Below, piece by piece: positions 9,117 to 16,757 of a DNA stretch of 35,894 nucleotides. The position numbers and the translations under genes were made by a program. Location: assembly GCA_964585555.1 (NCBI GenBank), contig CAZPEK010000001.1, positions 1 to 35,894 of the forward strand. The letters run 5' to 3'. The notes under the pieces were generated by a model. That model was given only the letters and a program-made list of their open reading frames with translations. It did not search any database and had not been told where the DNA came from. Position 1 is the first letter of the stretch, and the number at the start of each line of letters is the position of its first letter. Origin of the DNA: an uncultured Leptospirales bacterium. GTDB taxonomy: Bacteria > Spirochaetota > UBA4802 > UBA5550.

Positions 9117-11171
9117 ATGATCCTTAATATTGTAACTTTCGTGGTTTGTTTCGCGATGCTGATTCTGTTTCGGCGACTCGATAAGGCAAACCTGCGGATG
9201 ACAAAACTGCGCAGATATTCTAATAAAATGTTCGATGACTTTAGAAAACTGGCAGAAACTGAAAAAAGAAAATTTAATGATGCAACAATTGAAATGGATA
9301 TCCTTATTAAAAAATCTAATGCCCTGACGACAAATTTGAGCGGTGCTTTGCAGGAAATTGAGACACGTCTCGAGGGGCTTAATGTTGAAAAAGGCAATCT
9401 TAAGAAAGTTGAAGAAGATCTGAAAGTCATTTCAGGAGCAGCAAGGGATGTTAATAAACAGATAGAGTTTATTGCAATGGCCCGGGATGATTTCAGCAAC
9501 ACTATCAATAAGGTCAATACGCTTCAGGAGAATATGACTGACCTCCGTTCTGAATCAGGGAGCATTATTTCTTCATTTAATAATCAGGTGAGGGAACGGT
9601 CTCGTGAGCTTCTTGAAGAAATTACTGATATGATCAATCAAAATCATAGCTCCTTTATTGAAAAGGAAAAACAGGTTTATAATCTGAAGGATACCATTGC
9701 CGATCTGGAAAATACTGTTTTTTCTGATATTAAAGCTAAATCAGATGAAATGAAAGAGAGCATGAAAGAGACGATTGTTGAATTTGGAGGACTTCGTGAG
9801 GGTCTTTTTGATAAGATGGATGAGGAAATCGAGCGGGTTCATGAAAAACTGAAAACCGTTGAAGGGAGTGTTGACGAATCAAAGACAAACCTGATAAAAA
9901 CATTTGAACATGAAGTGAGTCGAATTCGAACGGAACTGGACAATCTCAGCCTTCATGCAATTGCCAAGAAGGATGAGATTGTCCAGGCGACCAGAAAGGA
10001 AGCAGAGGAAATCAGAAAAAGGGTTGATGATTTTCAGGACAAGGTTACGGAGCATGAAAACAGACTTATATCTACGGCAGAATCTAAAATAAGCCATCTC
10101 GACTCGGAATATCAGACGATTGATTTGAAATTTACTTCTCTTTCTGAAAAAATAAAGTCTGATTTTTCTACCATGGAAGAACGGCTCAATGACATTAAAG
10201 AGGAAATCTTCAGATACGAGGAGCATAACAGTATTTTTACCCGTACTGATGAACTGGTAGATAATGTAGATACAGCCATTGAACGACTGCAGAAAATTTT
10301 TGATACAACACAGGAAGAGTACCGGGATATTTCAGCTTTCCTTGACCAGATCGATGATTTGAAGGAAGTTAAAAAATCTGTTAATGCAGAAATTATGGCC
10401 TACCATGCCCGCAAGGAAAAGCTTGAAGATATTGAAAGAAATATTCATGGTCTTATGGAAGCGGGAGACCTCGCAATAACCAGGAGCGATCAGCTGCAGG
10501 AAAATCTATCTAAAGTTGATTTTGTCAACAATAGAATGGACGCACTTTCTGAAAGTTATACTGAACTGGAATCACGTATTGAAGAATTGAGAGAATATGA
10601 AGAGTTGATCTCACAGAACCTTGCATCAGCAAATAAATCAGAAGCCATTGTAAAAAATCTTGATGGAAAATTGAAAAATTATCAGAAGATACTGGATCGG
10701 TCGGACAAGCGAATTGATAAGATTTCCCACAACCTTCAGGAGGTTGAAGAGAAAACTATTATCCTCAAAACACGGAAAGCTGAAATTAGTGAGTTGAAGG
10801 AAAAATTTGATGAAGTCGATGGACTCAGCGAGGTAATGGAAAAACGTGTCGAGCAGATCTACGCAATGTTTAAAAAAGTTGAAGACCTTCGGCTGCAGAT
10901 TGATGAAACTGATAACCGTCTTCAGGTTATGTACAGTCGGACAGATGAAAAAATGCGTGAATTTTCAGATTTTATACAGGCAGTGGATGCCGGTAATCCT
11001 ATCTTGAAACAGGTAAATCAGGATATTTCTTTTGATAAAAATATCAATGAGAATGTAATCCGTACGGTGAGGGAGCTTTCAGACAGGGGATGGGGACCCG
11101 ATGAGATTGCAAAAAAAATGCTCATTGATGAAAATTCAATCCGCTTTATAATTAATACTACTTCCCTCTAG
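9117..11171 (+). CDS. Membrane-anchored giant coiled-coil protein with a C-terminal HTH-like tail (resembles the spirochaete 'SpiroCoCo'-type coiled-coil proteins, from memory)
   Basis: AGGGAG RBS 8 nt upstream of the ATG. N-terminal TM helix MILNIVTFVVCFAMLILF, then about 600 aa of E/K/L/D-rich heptad-like sequence. The last ~40 aa, VIRTVRELSDRGWGPDEIAKKMLIDENSIRFIINT, look like a helix-turn-helix. Confidence 0.7.
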   Translation: MILNIVTFVVCFAMLILFRRLDKANLRMTKLRRYSNKMFDDFRKLAETEKRKFNDATIEMDILIKKSNALTTNLSGALQEIETRLEGLNVEKGNLKKVEEDLKVISGAARDVNKQIEFIAMARDDFSNTINKVNTLQENMTDLRSESGSIISSFNNQVRERSRELLEEITDMINQNHSSFIEKEKQVYNLKDTIADLENTVFSDIKAKSDEMKESMKETIVEFGGLREGLFDKMDEEIERVHEKLKTVEGSVDESKTNLIKTFEHEVSRIRTELDNLSLHAIAKKDEIVQATRKEAEEIRKRVDDFQDKVTEHENRLISTAESKISHLDSEYQTIDLKFTSLSEKIKSDFSTMEERLNDIKEEIFRYEEHNSIFTRTDELVDNVDTAIERLQKIFDTTQEEYRDISAFLDQIDDLKEVKKSVNAEIMAYHARKEKLEDIERNIHGLMEAGDLAITRSDQLQENLSKVDFVNNRMDALSESYTELESRIEELREYEELISQNLASANKSEAIVKNLDGKLKNYQKILDRSDKRIDKISHNLQEVEEKTIILKTRKAEISELKEKFDEVDGLSEVMEKRVEQIYAMFKKVEDLRLQIDETDNRLQVMYSRTDEKMREFSDFIQAVDAGNPILKQVNQDISFDKNINENVIRTVRELSDRGWGPDEIAKKMLIDENSIRFIINTTSL

Positions 11172-11193
11172 GGAAGCCATAACAGTTACTAAA

Positions 11194-11227
11194 AAGGGGA
11201 GCTTTTTACGGCTCCCCTTCTTTTTTG
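11194..11227. terminator. Rho-independent terminator, probably bidirectional
   Basis: AAGGGGAGC-tttttac-GCTCCCCTT is followed by CTTTTTTT and preceded by an A-run. It lies between the convergent coiled-coil gene (stop 11171) and lipoprotein gene (stop 11247). Confidence 0.75.
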
Positions 11228-11246
11228 AGATTTATAATAATTAATA

Positions 11247-11780
11247 TTAATGACTTTCTTTCATCTTTTCCCTGACTTCTCTGATTATTTCAGCATCTGA
11301 AAGAGTTTTTCTCAGGATAACCCGGTACTTTATGTCAAAGCGGGTTGGCTCAACAATTTTTTTAGGGAAGGTAAAGTTCCAGCGCTGGATATCTTCGCTG
11401 AGAAGCTTGTCGACCTCAAGAAGATACGTAGACTGTTGAGTACGGATTTTCATGATTCGTCCGGAATCAGGATACAGCCAGAGTGAAAGGAGTCCTTCCC
11501 TGACTTCATTAATTTTATCAAGTTTTTTAACTTCACTGCACATATACTTATCTCCGCCGGTATCGGGGGTCCGTGAAAGAGTAGAAGTATATTTCATCTG
11601 GGATACAATGTAGTTATCTGAAGTGAGGAGAACGCGGAAAACTTCCTTTGCTTTTTTGCTTGGTTTTAAAAAGCTCTGGTTTGTGCTGCTGTTAATATCA
11701 GTAGATTTTTGAGCTGTTCCACAATGCATCAAAGCAACTGCTGCAATGAGTATAAATGTTGAAGAAAAATATCGTTTCAT
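11247..11780 (-). CDS. Putative lipoprotein / secreted protein of unknown function
   Basis: I prefer the start at MKRYFSSTFILIAAVALMHCGTAQ (signal peptide with a Cys in lipobox-like position). It has an AAGGAG RBS 6 nt upstream and sits 1 nt past the upstream gene's stop. No recognisable domain. Confidence 0.6.
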   Translation of the reverse strand: MKRYFSSTFILIAAVALMHCGTAQKSTDINSSTNQSFLKPSKKAKEVFRVLLTSDNYIVSQMKYTSTLSRTPDTGGDKYMCSEVKKLDKINEVREGLLSLWLYPDSGRIMKIRTQQSTYLLEVDKLLSEDIQRWNFTFPKKIVEPTRFDIKYRVILRKTLSDAEIIREVREKMKESH

Positions 11781-11781
11781 T

Positions 11782-12105
11782 TTAGTCTCCTTTCGGTTTT
11801 GCTTCATCCTCTTCAGTTGAGGTTTCTTCGGTTACGGCTTCTTCGAACTGTTCAGGCTTTTCGCCTTTTTGCTGGTCTTCTATGTACTGGTCAAGCCTGT
11901 CGATTCCGTCTTTCAATTCCTTGAATTCATTGATGTTGAGGGTGACGCCCTTTTGGGTAGGTTTGTAGATCAGATCACCACTTCCTCCATCTATTGTCGA
12001 GTACCAGATTCTAATATTGATCAGTTCTCTTCCTTTGAATTCTGAGACTTCTATTCGGATAATTTCACTGTTATTTTTCTGGATATCCTTAATAATTACT
12101 CCCAT
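11782..12105 (-). CDS. PC4/p15 (YdbC-like) ssDNA-binding fold protein with an acidic C-terminal tail
   Basis: AAGGAG RBS. The pattern EIIRIEVSEFKGRELINIRIWY...YKPTQKGVTLNINEFKELKDGI matches the bacterial/phage PC4-like family signature (…ef.G..y.diR.wy…pTkKGisl…) as I recall it. The tail is EEAVTEETSTEEDEAKPKGD. Confidence 0.55.
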   Translation of the reverse strand: MGVIIKDIQKNNSEIIRIEVSEFKGRELINIRIWYSTIDGGSGDLIYKPTQKGVTLNINEFKELKDGIDRLDQYIEDQQKGEKPEQFEEAVTEETSTEEDEAKPKGD

Positions 12106-12122
12106 ATAGAACTCCTTTGTTT

Positions 12123-12695
12123 CTAATATATTTTTGCAAGATGATGAAGAATAATCCTGGCAAAGAGGGCATGTCCCCGTTCGTTCAGGTAACGATCGTC
12201 ATCAAGAATGATGTCTTCAATTGAAATGTCCTGCTCTATCAGGTGACCCGCAATAATTGTATGAACCGGTAACATGGTACACTGCAGATCTGAAGCGACT
12301 TCCCTGATGGCCTGATAGTAGATTTCTACCGCATTCATGTCATACTGATTCGGGAAGATGTGAGAGGTCAACAAAATTATTTCAGGATTGGCCTTTGCCC
12401 GGGACTTTCGGATTACCTGCACGAGGTTTTCCTTAAATTCAGACCGATACACAGGAAAAAAAGCATCATCTATGCCGTAGTTGAAGAGAATAATGTCTGG
12501 ATCATAGGGACTGATATCTTCATCAAAGGTCCACACTGCATCAAAGGAATTTTCGTCTTTCCGGGACCGGTTTATTACTGTAATATTTTTTTCCTTCAGA
12601 CGAGACGAGAGTATATCAGGATAACTGATTCCGACCCTGTAGCCGGATGCGATAGTTCCCCCCCGTATAAGAAGTATTTTTTCTTTTTTTTTCAT
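12123..12695 (-). CDS. SGNH/GDSL-like hydrolase-fold protein with divergent catalytic motifs
   Basis: The SGNH block order is recognisable. Block I is ILLIRGGTIASG (GDS replaced by GGT). Block III is ILFNYGIDDAF (GxND-like). Block V is DDDRYLNERGHALFA (DxxH position reads DDRY). The 190-aa length is typical. Confidence 0.5.
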   Translation of the reverse strand: MKKKEKILLIRGGTIASGYRVGISYPDILSSRLKEKNITVINRSRKDENSFDAVWTFDEDISPYDPDIILFNYGIDDAFFPVYRSEFKENLVQVIRKSRAKANPEIILLTSHIFPNQYDMNAVEIYYQAIREVASDLQCTMLPVHTIIAGHLIEQDISIEDIILDDDRYLNERGHALFARIILHHLAKIY

Positions 12696-12726
12696 TCAGT
12701 GTTCCATATAACATGCAGGGAATGAT

Positions 12727-12754
12727 TCTATAATGGAAATTAGACTTCTGTCAA
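12727..12754 (-). promoter_or_regulatory. Sigma70-like promoter candidate for the SGNH-like / PC4-like / lipoprotein operon
   Basis: On the minus strand: TTGACA (12754-12749), a 16-nt spacer, then TATAGA (12732-12727), about 30 nt upstream of the ATG at 12695. Confidence 0.45.
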
Positions 12755-12782
12755 TAATTTAATAACCGGTTGGTATCCGGTA

Positions 12783-13571
12783 TCAGCATCGTTCAATAAT
12801 AAGTGATTTTACTGATTTAATATAAGCATCAAGACCAAAGGCAAAAATTGTGTTATGATTTGCTTCAGGTATTTTAAGCATTTTCTTGTTACTGTCGGGA
12901 CTGGCGTGAAAAAGGGCCTCTCCGTCACTGAAGGGAATTATATGGTCGAATTCAGCATGGATGATAAGGGTGGGGCCATGGTAGAATTTTATTTTTTCAA
13001 GATTTGCAACCGGGTCTGTGGTTATTCCGTGAACAGCCGGGTTTATTCCCAGGAGCTGTATGAGAGGAAGAAGATGGGCAAAGCCGCTTTCAATAATTAA
13101 AGCGGCTATATCATCAGGGTAGCGGGAGGCAAGCTCGAGGGCAGGGGCACTGCCGAGGCTGCGGCCCATAAGAATGAGTGGAGCCGGGTTGTTTTTTTTT
13201 GCCATGAAGTCCCTGACGAACCGGTAGATATTGTAGCAGTCAGTCATCATGGCAGTCACTGAAGGTTCTCCTGTTGAGCGTCCATATCCTCGATAATCAA
13301 CCGGTAAAAAATTTATTCCTGCATTGGTAAAGAAGGGGGCGAGATCATCATAGTCCGCGGCAATTTCGCCATTGCCATGAAAGAACAGGATGGTTGGGGC
13401 TTTCGTGTCGGCATGATGGTATCGACCTCCTATAGAAGAGCCTTCCCCTGCAGGAATAGTCAATTCTTCAACGCCCGATGAGCTGAAACCGAGTTCCGGC
13501 CGGGGGTGGAAAAGAAACGGCAGGATTTCCGGTTTATCAAGAATTGAGTAATCTGGTAATGTATCAGTCAT
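12783..13571 (-). CDS. Alpha/beta-fold hydrolase (COG1073/BEM46-like serine hydrolase)
   Basis: GGAGAGGAAG RBS. Oxyanion HG motif ILFFHGNGE, nucleophile elbow GRSLGS, later acid (AEFDHIIP) and His (EANHNT) in the canonical order. Confidence 0.8.
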   Translation of the reverse strand: MTDTLPDYSILDKPEILPFLFHPRPELGFSSSGVEELTIPAGEGSSIGGRYHHADTKAPTILFFHGNGEIAADYDDLAPFFTNAGINFLPVDYRGYGRSTGEPSVTAMMTDCYNIYRFVRDFMAKKNNPAPLILMGRSLGSAPALELASRYPDDIAALIIESGFAHLLPLIQLLGINPAVHGITTDPVANLEKIKFYHGPTLIIHAEFDHIIPFSDGEALFHASPDSNKKMLKIPEANHNTIFAFGLDAYIKSVKSLIIERC

Positions 13572-13724
13572 GACTTCCTCTCCCTGATTTTGATTTTTTT
13601 ACAGTATATCATCTCTCTTTTAAATAATCAAACATTTCATATACTGTGTTATGGGAATGTGTAAAAGTTCACCGGTTAGCAGGGGAAAATGCCGATTATT
13701 TATGCCGGTGAATAAATTAATTAT

Positions 13725-13753
13725 TTGAAGTAGTGGAATTTTCAGGGTATACT
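13725..13753 (+). promoter_or_regulatory. Sigma70-like promoter candidate for the response-regulator gene
   Basis: TTGAAG (13725-13730), a 17-nt spacer, then TATACT (13748-13753), 23 nt upstream of the ATG at 13776. An 8-bp inverted repeat TTCACCGG...CCGGTGAA (13667-13711) lies just upstream. Confidence 0.5.
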
Positions 13754-13775
13754 GTCTCTGCGAAGCGGCCGGCAT

Positions 13776-15542
13776 ATGGAGAGCAAAAATAAAAATATTC
13801 TCATTGTAGAGGATTCAGCTGTTGATGCACGACTTCTGTATAAATTTCTAAAGGATCTCGATTTTGAGATTGAAGCCGTGGTCTCCTCAGGTGAAGATGC
13901 TATCAGTACAGCCTTGAAAAACAGGCCGTCACTGATCGTTATGGATATTCTTCTGGAGGGGGATATTGATGGTATTACCGCCTCACGCATAATTCGTAAA
14001 GAATTTGATGTTCCTATAGTATTTTCCTCTTCTCTCTCAGACGCAAAAACTCTTGAAAAACTTGAAATTGCCGATTCATTCGGATATCTGCTTAAGCCCT
14101 TCAGGAAACGAGACCTCTATGTCACCATTGATCTCGCCTTCAGGCGTCACAGGTTTGAAACGAAGCTTGAGGAGAGTGAAAGGCGTTACCACAACCTCTT
14201 CGAAAAATCAAAGGATGCAATTTTTGTGGCAGACCGGGAAGGATATTTCCTTAACGGGAATGAGGCATTGAAAACTCTCTTCGGTATAGAGAATGACGAA
14301 ATGTATACTATGAGCATTGGTGATTTGGCCCTTTCCGATGAAGAGCTGGCAAAGTATAAAAGCGAAATTAGTAAAAATGATCATGTAAAAGATTTTGAAA
14401 TGCAGCTCCGCAGAAAAGATGGGAGAACTCTTTACTGTCATGTTACTACTAATGCGGTACATACAACAACCGGTGGTGCACGGTACGAACAGGGAATCAT
14501 CCGAGATATTACTGAAAAAAAAATGGCAGAGCAGGCTCTTGAACAGCATGTCTTCGGTCTTGAACGGGCCATGTATGAGATAGAGGAGCTTAATGAGCAG
14601 CTCCAGCAGAAGGTTGACGATCTTAATGAAGCATACCGGCAAATCAGTCTTTCAGAGGAGAAGTACCGCCGGCTGGTTGAGGGATCTAATGATATTATTT
14701 TCTCCCTTGATGACCAGTATCGGTTTCTCACCGCAAACAAGGCCCTGGTTCACCAGCTTCAAATTCAGCCAGAAGCGGTGAGGGATAAACATATTCTTGA
14801 ACTTATTCATGCTGATCAGGAAGAACTTGAAGTGAGCCGGTCAGTTGTAACCAGTAAGCTGAATGAGTTGGTGGAGCAGCGGCAGCCTGTTGCCTTTAAG
14901 GCCTATTTTAAATCAAAGTATACAGTTGAGCCGAAGGAGCTTCAGGTTAAACTTGAATATGTCAATATCAAAGGGAAAAATGAAATTCTTGGAAAAGCGT
15001 CAAGGGTTATGGATGATGTTTTAATGAAACATTTTGTCTCTGAACAGCAGAAGTTCAGAATAGATAATTCCCTTGTTACCGCCGATGAAATAACCTATCG
15101 ATTGACCCGTAATGTCGCTAAATACCTTCCCGTCAGGGAGGGCACCCTTCTCAGGGTTGCTCTCAGGGAAATTATAATTAATGCAATTGAACATGGAAAC
15201 CTTAATATCAGTTTTGAAGATAAATCCAGGGCTATTATGGAAAACAGGTATATTCACTTTATAGCGGAAAGGCAGAAAGACCCGGTGTGTCGAAATCGAA
15301 GAGTAACGATTGACTATGAAGTATCTCCCGAAAAAGTTATATATCGTATCTGTGATGAAGGGAAAGGTTTTGATTACCAGTCAATGCTTGAGAAGGATAT
15401 TGAAGAGTTGAATGAAAGTATGACTGCACATGGACGGGGTCTTAAACTCAGCCAGGAGTTTTTTGATACTATCAGCTTTAACGAATTAGGCAATGAAGTC
15501 TTTCTTGTCCGATATTTTGCTGACGGCAGTGAAAAAAAATAA
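13776..15542 (+). CDS. Response-regulator receiver - PAS - coiled coil - PAS - RsbW/SpoIIAB-like HATPase domain protein (no recognisable DHp/H-box)
   Basis: REC: ILIVEDS, phospho-acceptor context LIVMDILLEGDIDG, LLKPF. PAS-like segments: YHNLFEKSKDAIFVADREGYFL...GIIRDITEKK and YRRLVEGSNDIIFSLDDQYRFL. C-terminal ATPase: N-box REIIINAIEHGN, G1 CDEGKGFD, G2 HGRGLKL. Confidence 0.75.
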   Translation: MESKNKNILIVEDSAVDARLLYKFLKDLDFEIEAVVSSGEDAISTALKNRPSLIVMDILLEGDIDGITASRIIRKEFDVPIVFSSSLSDAKTLEKLEIADSFGYLLKPFRKRDLYVTIDLAFRRHRFETKLEESERRYHNLFEKSKDAIFVADREGYFLNGNEALKTLFGIENDEMYTMSIGDLALSDEELAKYKSEISKNDHVKDFEMQLRRKDGRTLYCHVTTNAVHTTTGGARYEQGIIRDITEKKMAEQALEQHVFGLERAMYEIEELNEQLQQKVDDLNEAYRQISLSEEKYRRLVEGSNDIIFSLDDQYRFLTANKALVHQLQIQPEAVRDKHILELIHADQEELEVSRSVVTSKLNELVEQRQPVAFKAYFKSKYTVEPKELQVKLEYVNIKGKNEILGKASRVMDDVLMKHFVSEQQKFRIDNSLVTADEITYRLTRNVAKYLPVREGTLLRVALREIIINAIEHGNLNISFEDKSRAIMENRYIHFIAERQKDPVCRNRRVTIDYEVSPEKVIYRICDEGKGFDYQSMLEKDIEELNESMTAHGRGLKLSQEFFDTISFNELGNEVFLVRYFADGSEKK

Positions 15543-15670
15543 TCATGGAAAAAAGAGACTTGCCATCATGGATGGGGCTCGATATGTGTTCGCCATAAAG
15601 ACTTTTTCGTGACTGCCCTGCTGACCGGGTAATAAATAATACGGTGCATTGAGATAAAGGAGAAGTGGCA

Positions 15671-16705
15671 ATGGGATTGACTTATAAAGAATCAGGTGTT
15701 GATGTAGAGGGAGGCAATAATTTTGTTCGTCGAATTGCCCCCCTGGTAAAAAAAACGTTCTCTGACCGGGTCATAACGGGCAGCGGTGGTTTTGGAGCAC
15801 TTTTTTCCGGTGGTTTCAGCGAGATGAAAGAACCGGTCCTGGTCTCGGGGACCGATGGCGTTGGGACAAAACTTCAGATTGCCCAGGGCATGAACAAACA
15901 TGACACTATCGGTATTGATGCCGTAGCAATGTGTGTAAATGATATTATTGTATCAGGAGCCCGTCCTCTTTTTTTCCTTGATTATATTTCATGCGGTAAA
16001 CTTAAAGAAGACGTCATGGTTAATGTTGTAAAGGGAATTGCCATGGGGTGTGAAGAATCAGCCTGCAGTCTTATCGGCGGAGAAACAGCCGAGCATCCTA
16101 ATGTAATGGGTGATGATGAGTATGATATTGCTGGTTTTGCCGTTGGTGTGGTTGACCGGGAAAATATTATTGATGGTTCCAGTATAGCCCCGGGGGATAA
16201 AATTATTGGACTCCCTTCCACGGGTGTTCATTCGAATGGCTTTTCAATGGTTCGCAAACTCTTTTTTGACATGAAGGGGCATGAACTGGGAGACATGATC
16301 GAAGGTCTTGACAGACCCCTGGGAGAGGTCCTTCTGGCTCCTACCCGGCTTTATGTAAAAAGTCTCATGAGCGCTATTGATGCAGGCTCCGTGATAAAGG
16401 GAGTTGTCCATGTAACGGGCGGCGGGTTTTATGAAAATATCCCGAGGATTCTTCCCGAGGGTACCGGTGTTTCGATAGACCGGAATAGTTTTAATATACT
16501 GCCGATTTTCAAGGTCATTCAGAAAATGGGAGAGGTGGAAGAAAAAGAAATGTTTACCACCTTCAACATGGGCATTGGCATGATGCTTTTCGCCGCTCCC
16601 GAAGAGGAAGAAAAACTTCACAAGGTGCTGAGAGCAGCGGGAGAAGAAAGCGTCACTATCGGGGAAGTTACCTCTGGTGGGAGCGAACGAGTGGTTTTTA
16701 AATAA
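15671..16705 (+). CDS. purM: Phosphoribosylformylglycinamidine cyclo-ligase (AIR synthetase)
   Basis: MGLTYKESGVDVEGGN, GGFGALF, LVSGTDGVGTKL, DAVAMCVNDI and GGETAE are PurM hallmarks. The ATG at 15671 lies 8 nt after GGAG. The upstream GTG at 15665 is too close to the RBS. Confidence 0.92.
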   Translation: MGLTYKESGVDVEGGNNFVRRIAPLVKKTFSDRVITGSGGFGALFSGGFSEMKEPVLVSGTDGVGTKLQIAQGMNKHDTIGIDAVAMCVNDIIVSGARPLFFLDYISCGKLKEDVMVNVVKGIAMGCEESACSLIGGETAEHPNVMGDDEYDIAGFAVGVVDRENIIDGSSIAPGDKIIGLPSTGVHSNGFSMVRKLFFDMKGHELGDMIEGLDRPLGEVLLAPTRLYVKSLMSAIDAGSVIKGVVHVTGGGFYENIPRILPEGTGVSIDRNSFNILPIFKVIQKMGEVEEKEMFTTFNMGIGMMLFAAPEEEEKLHKVLRAAGEESVTIGEVTSGGSERVVFK

Positions 16706-16757
16706 GGCTTTCTCTGTCATGTAACCAGGGAACAATAGTATAAAATTATTCTTCACT

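Noticed and set aside
12684-12692. A9/T9 homopolymer tracts considered as phase-variation switches. They occur right after the SGNH-like start codon, and also in the alpha/beta hydrolase (~13190-13200), the response regulator (~14516-14524) and sbcC (~1563-1571).
   Set aside because: Such A-runs encode Lys-Lys-Lys, are frequent throughout this AT-leaning and Lys-rich genome, and sit in housekeeping genes too. Nothing indicates slippage-based regulation.
15543-15670. Possible ZTP (pfl) riboswitch upstream of purM, because of TCGTGACTGCC and GACCGGG, which resemble the conserved GUCGUGACUGGC / ACCGGG segments.
   Set aside because: I could not find the obligatory 3' pseudoknot partner (CCGCCUGGGC-like), and the surrounding helices do not form. 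The match is partial only. A covariance-model scan (Rfam RF01750) would settle it.
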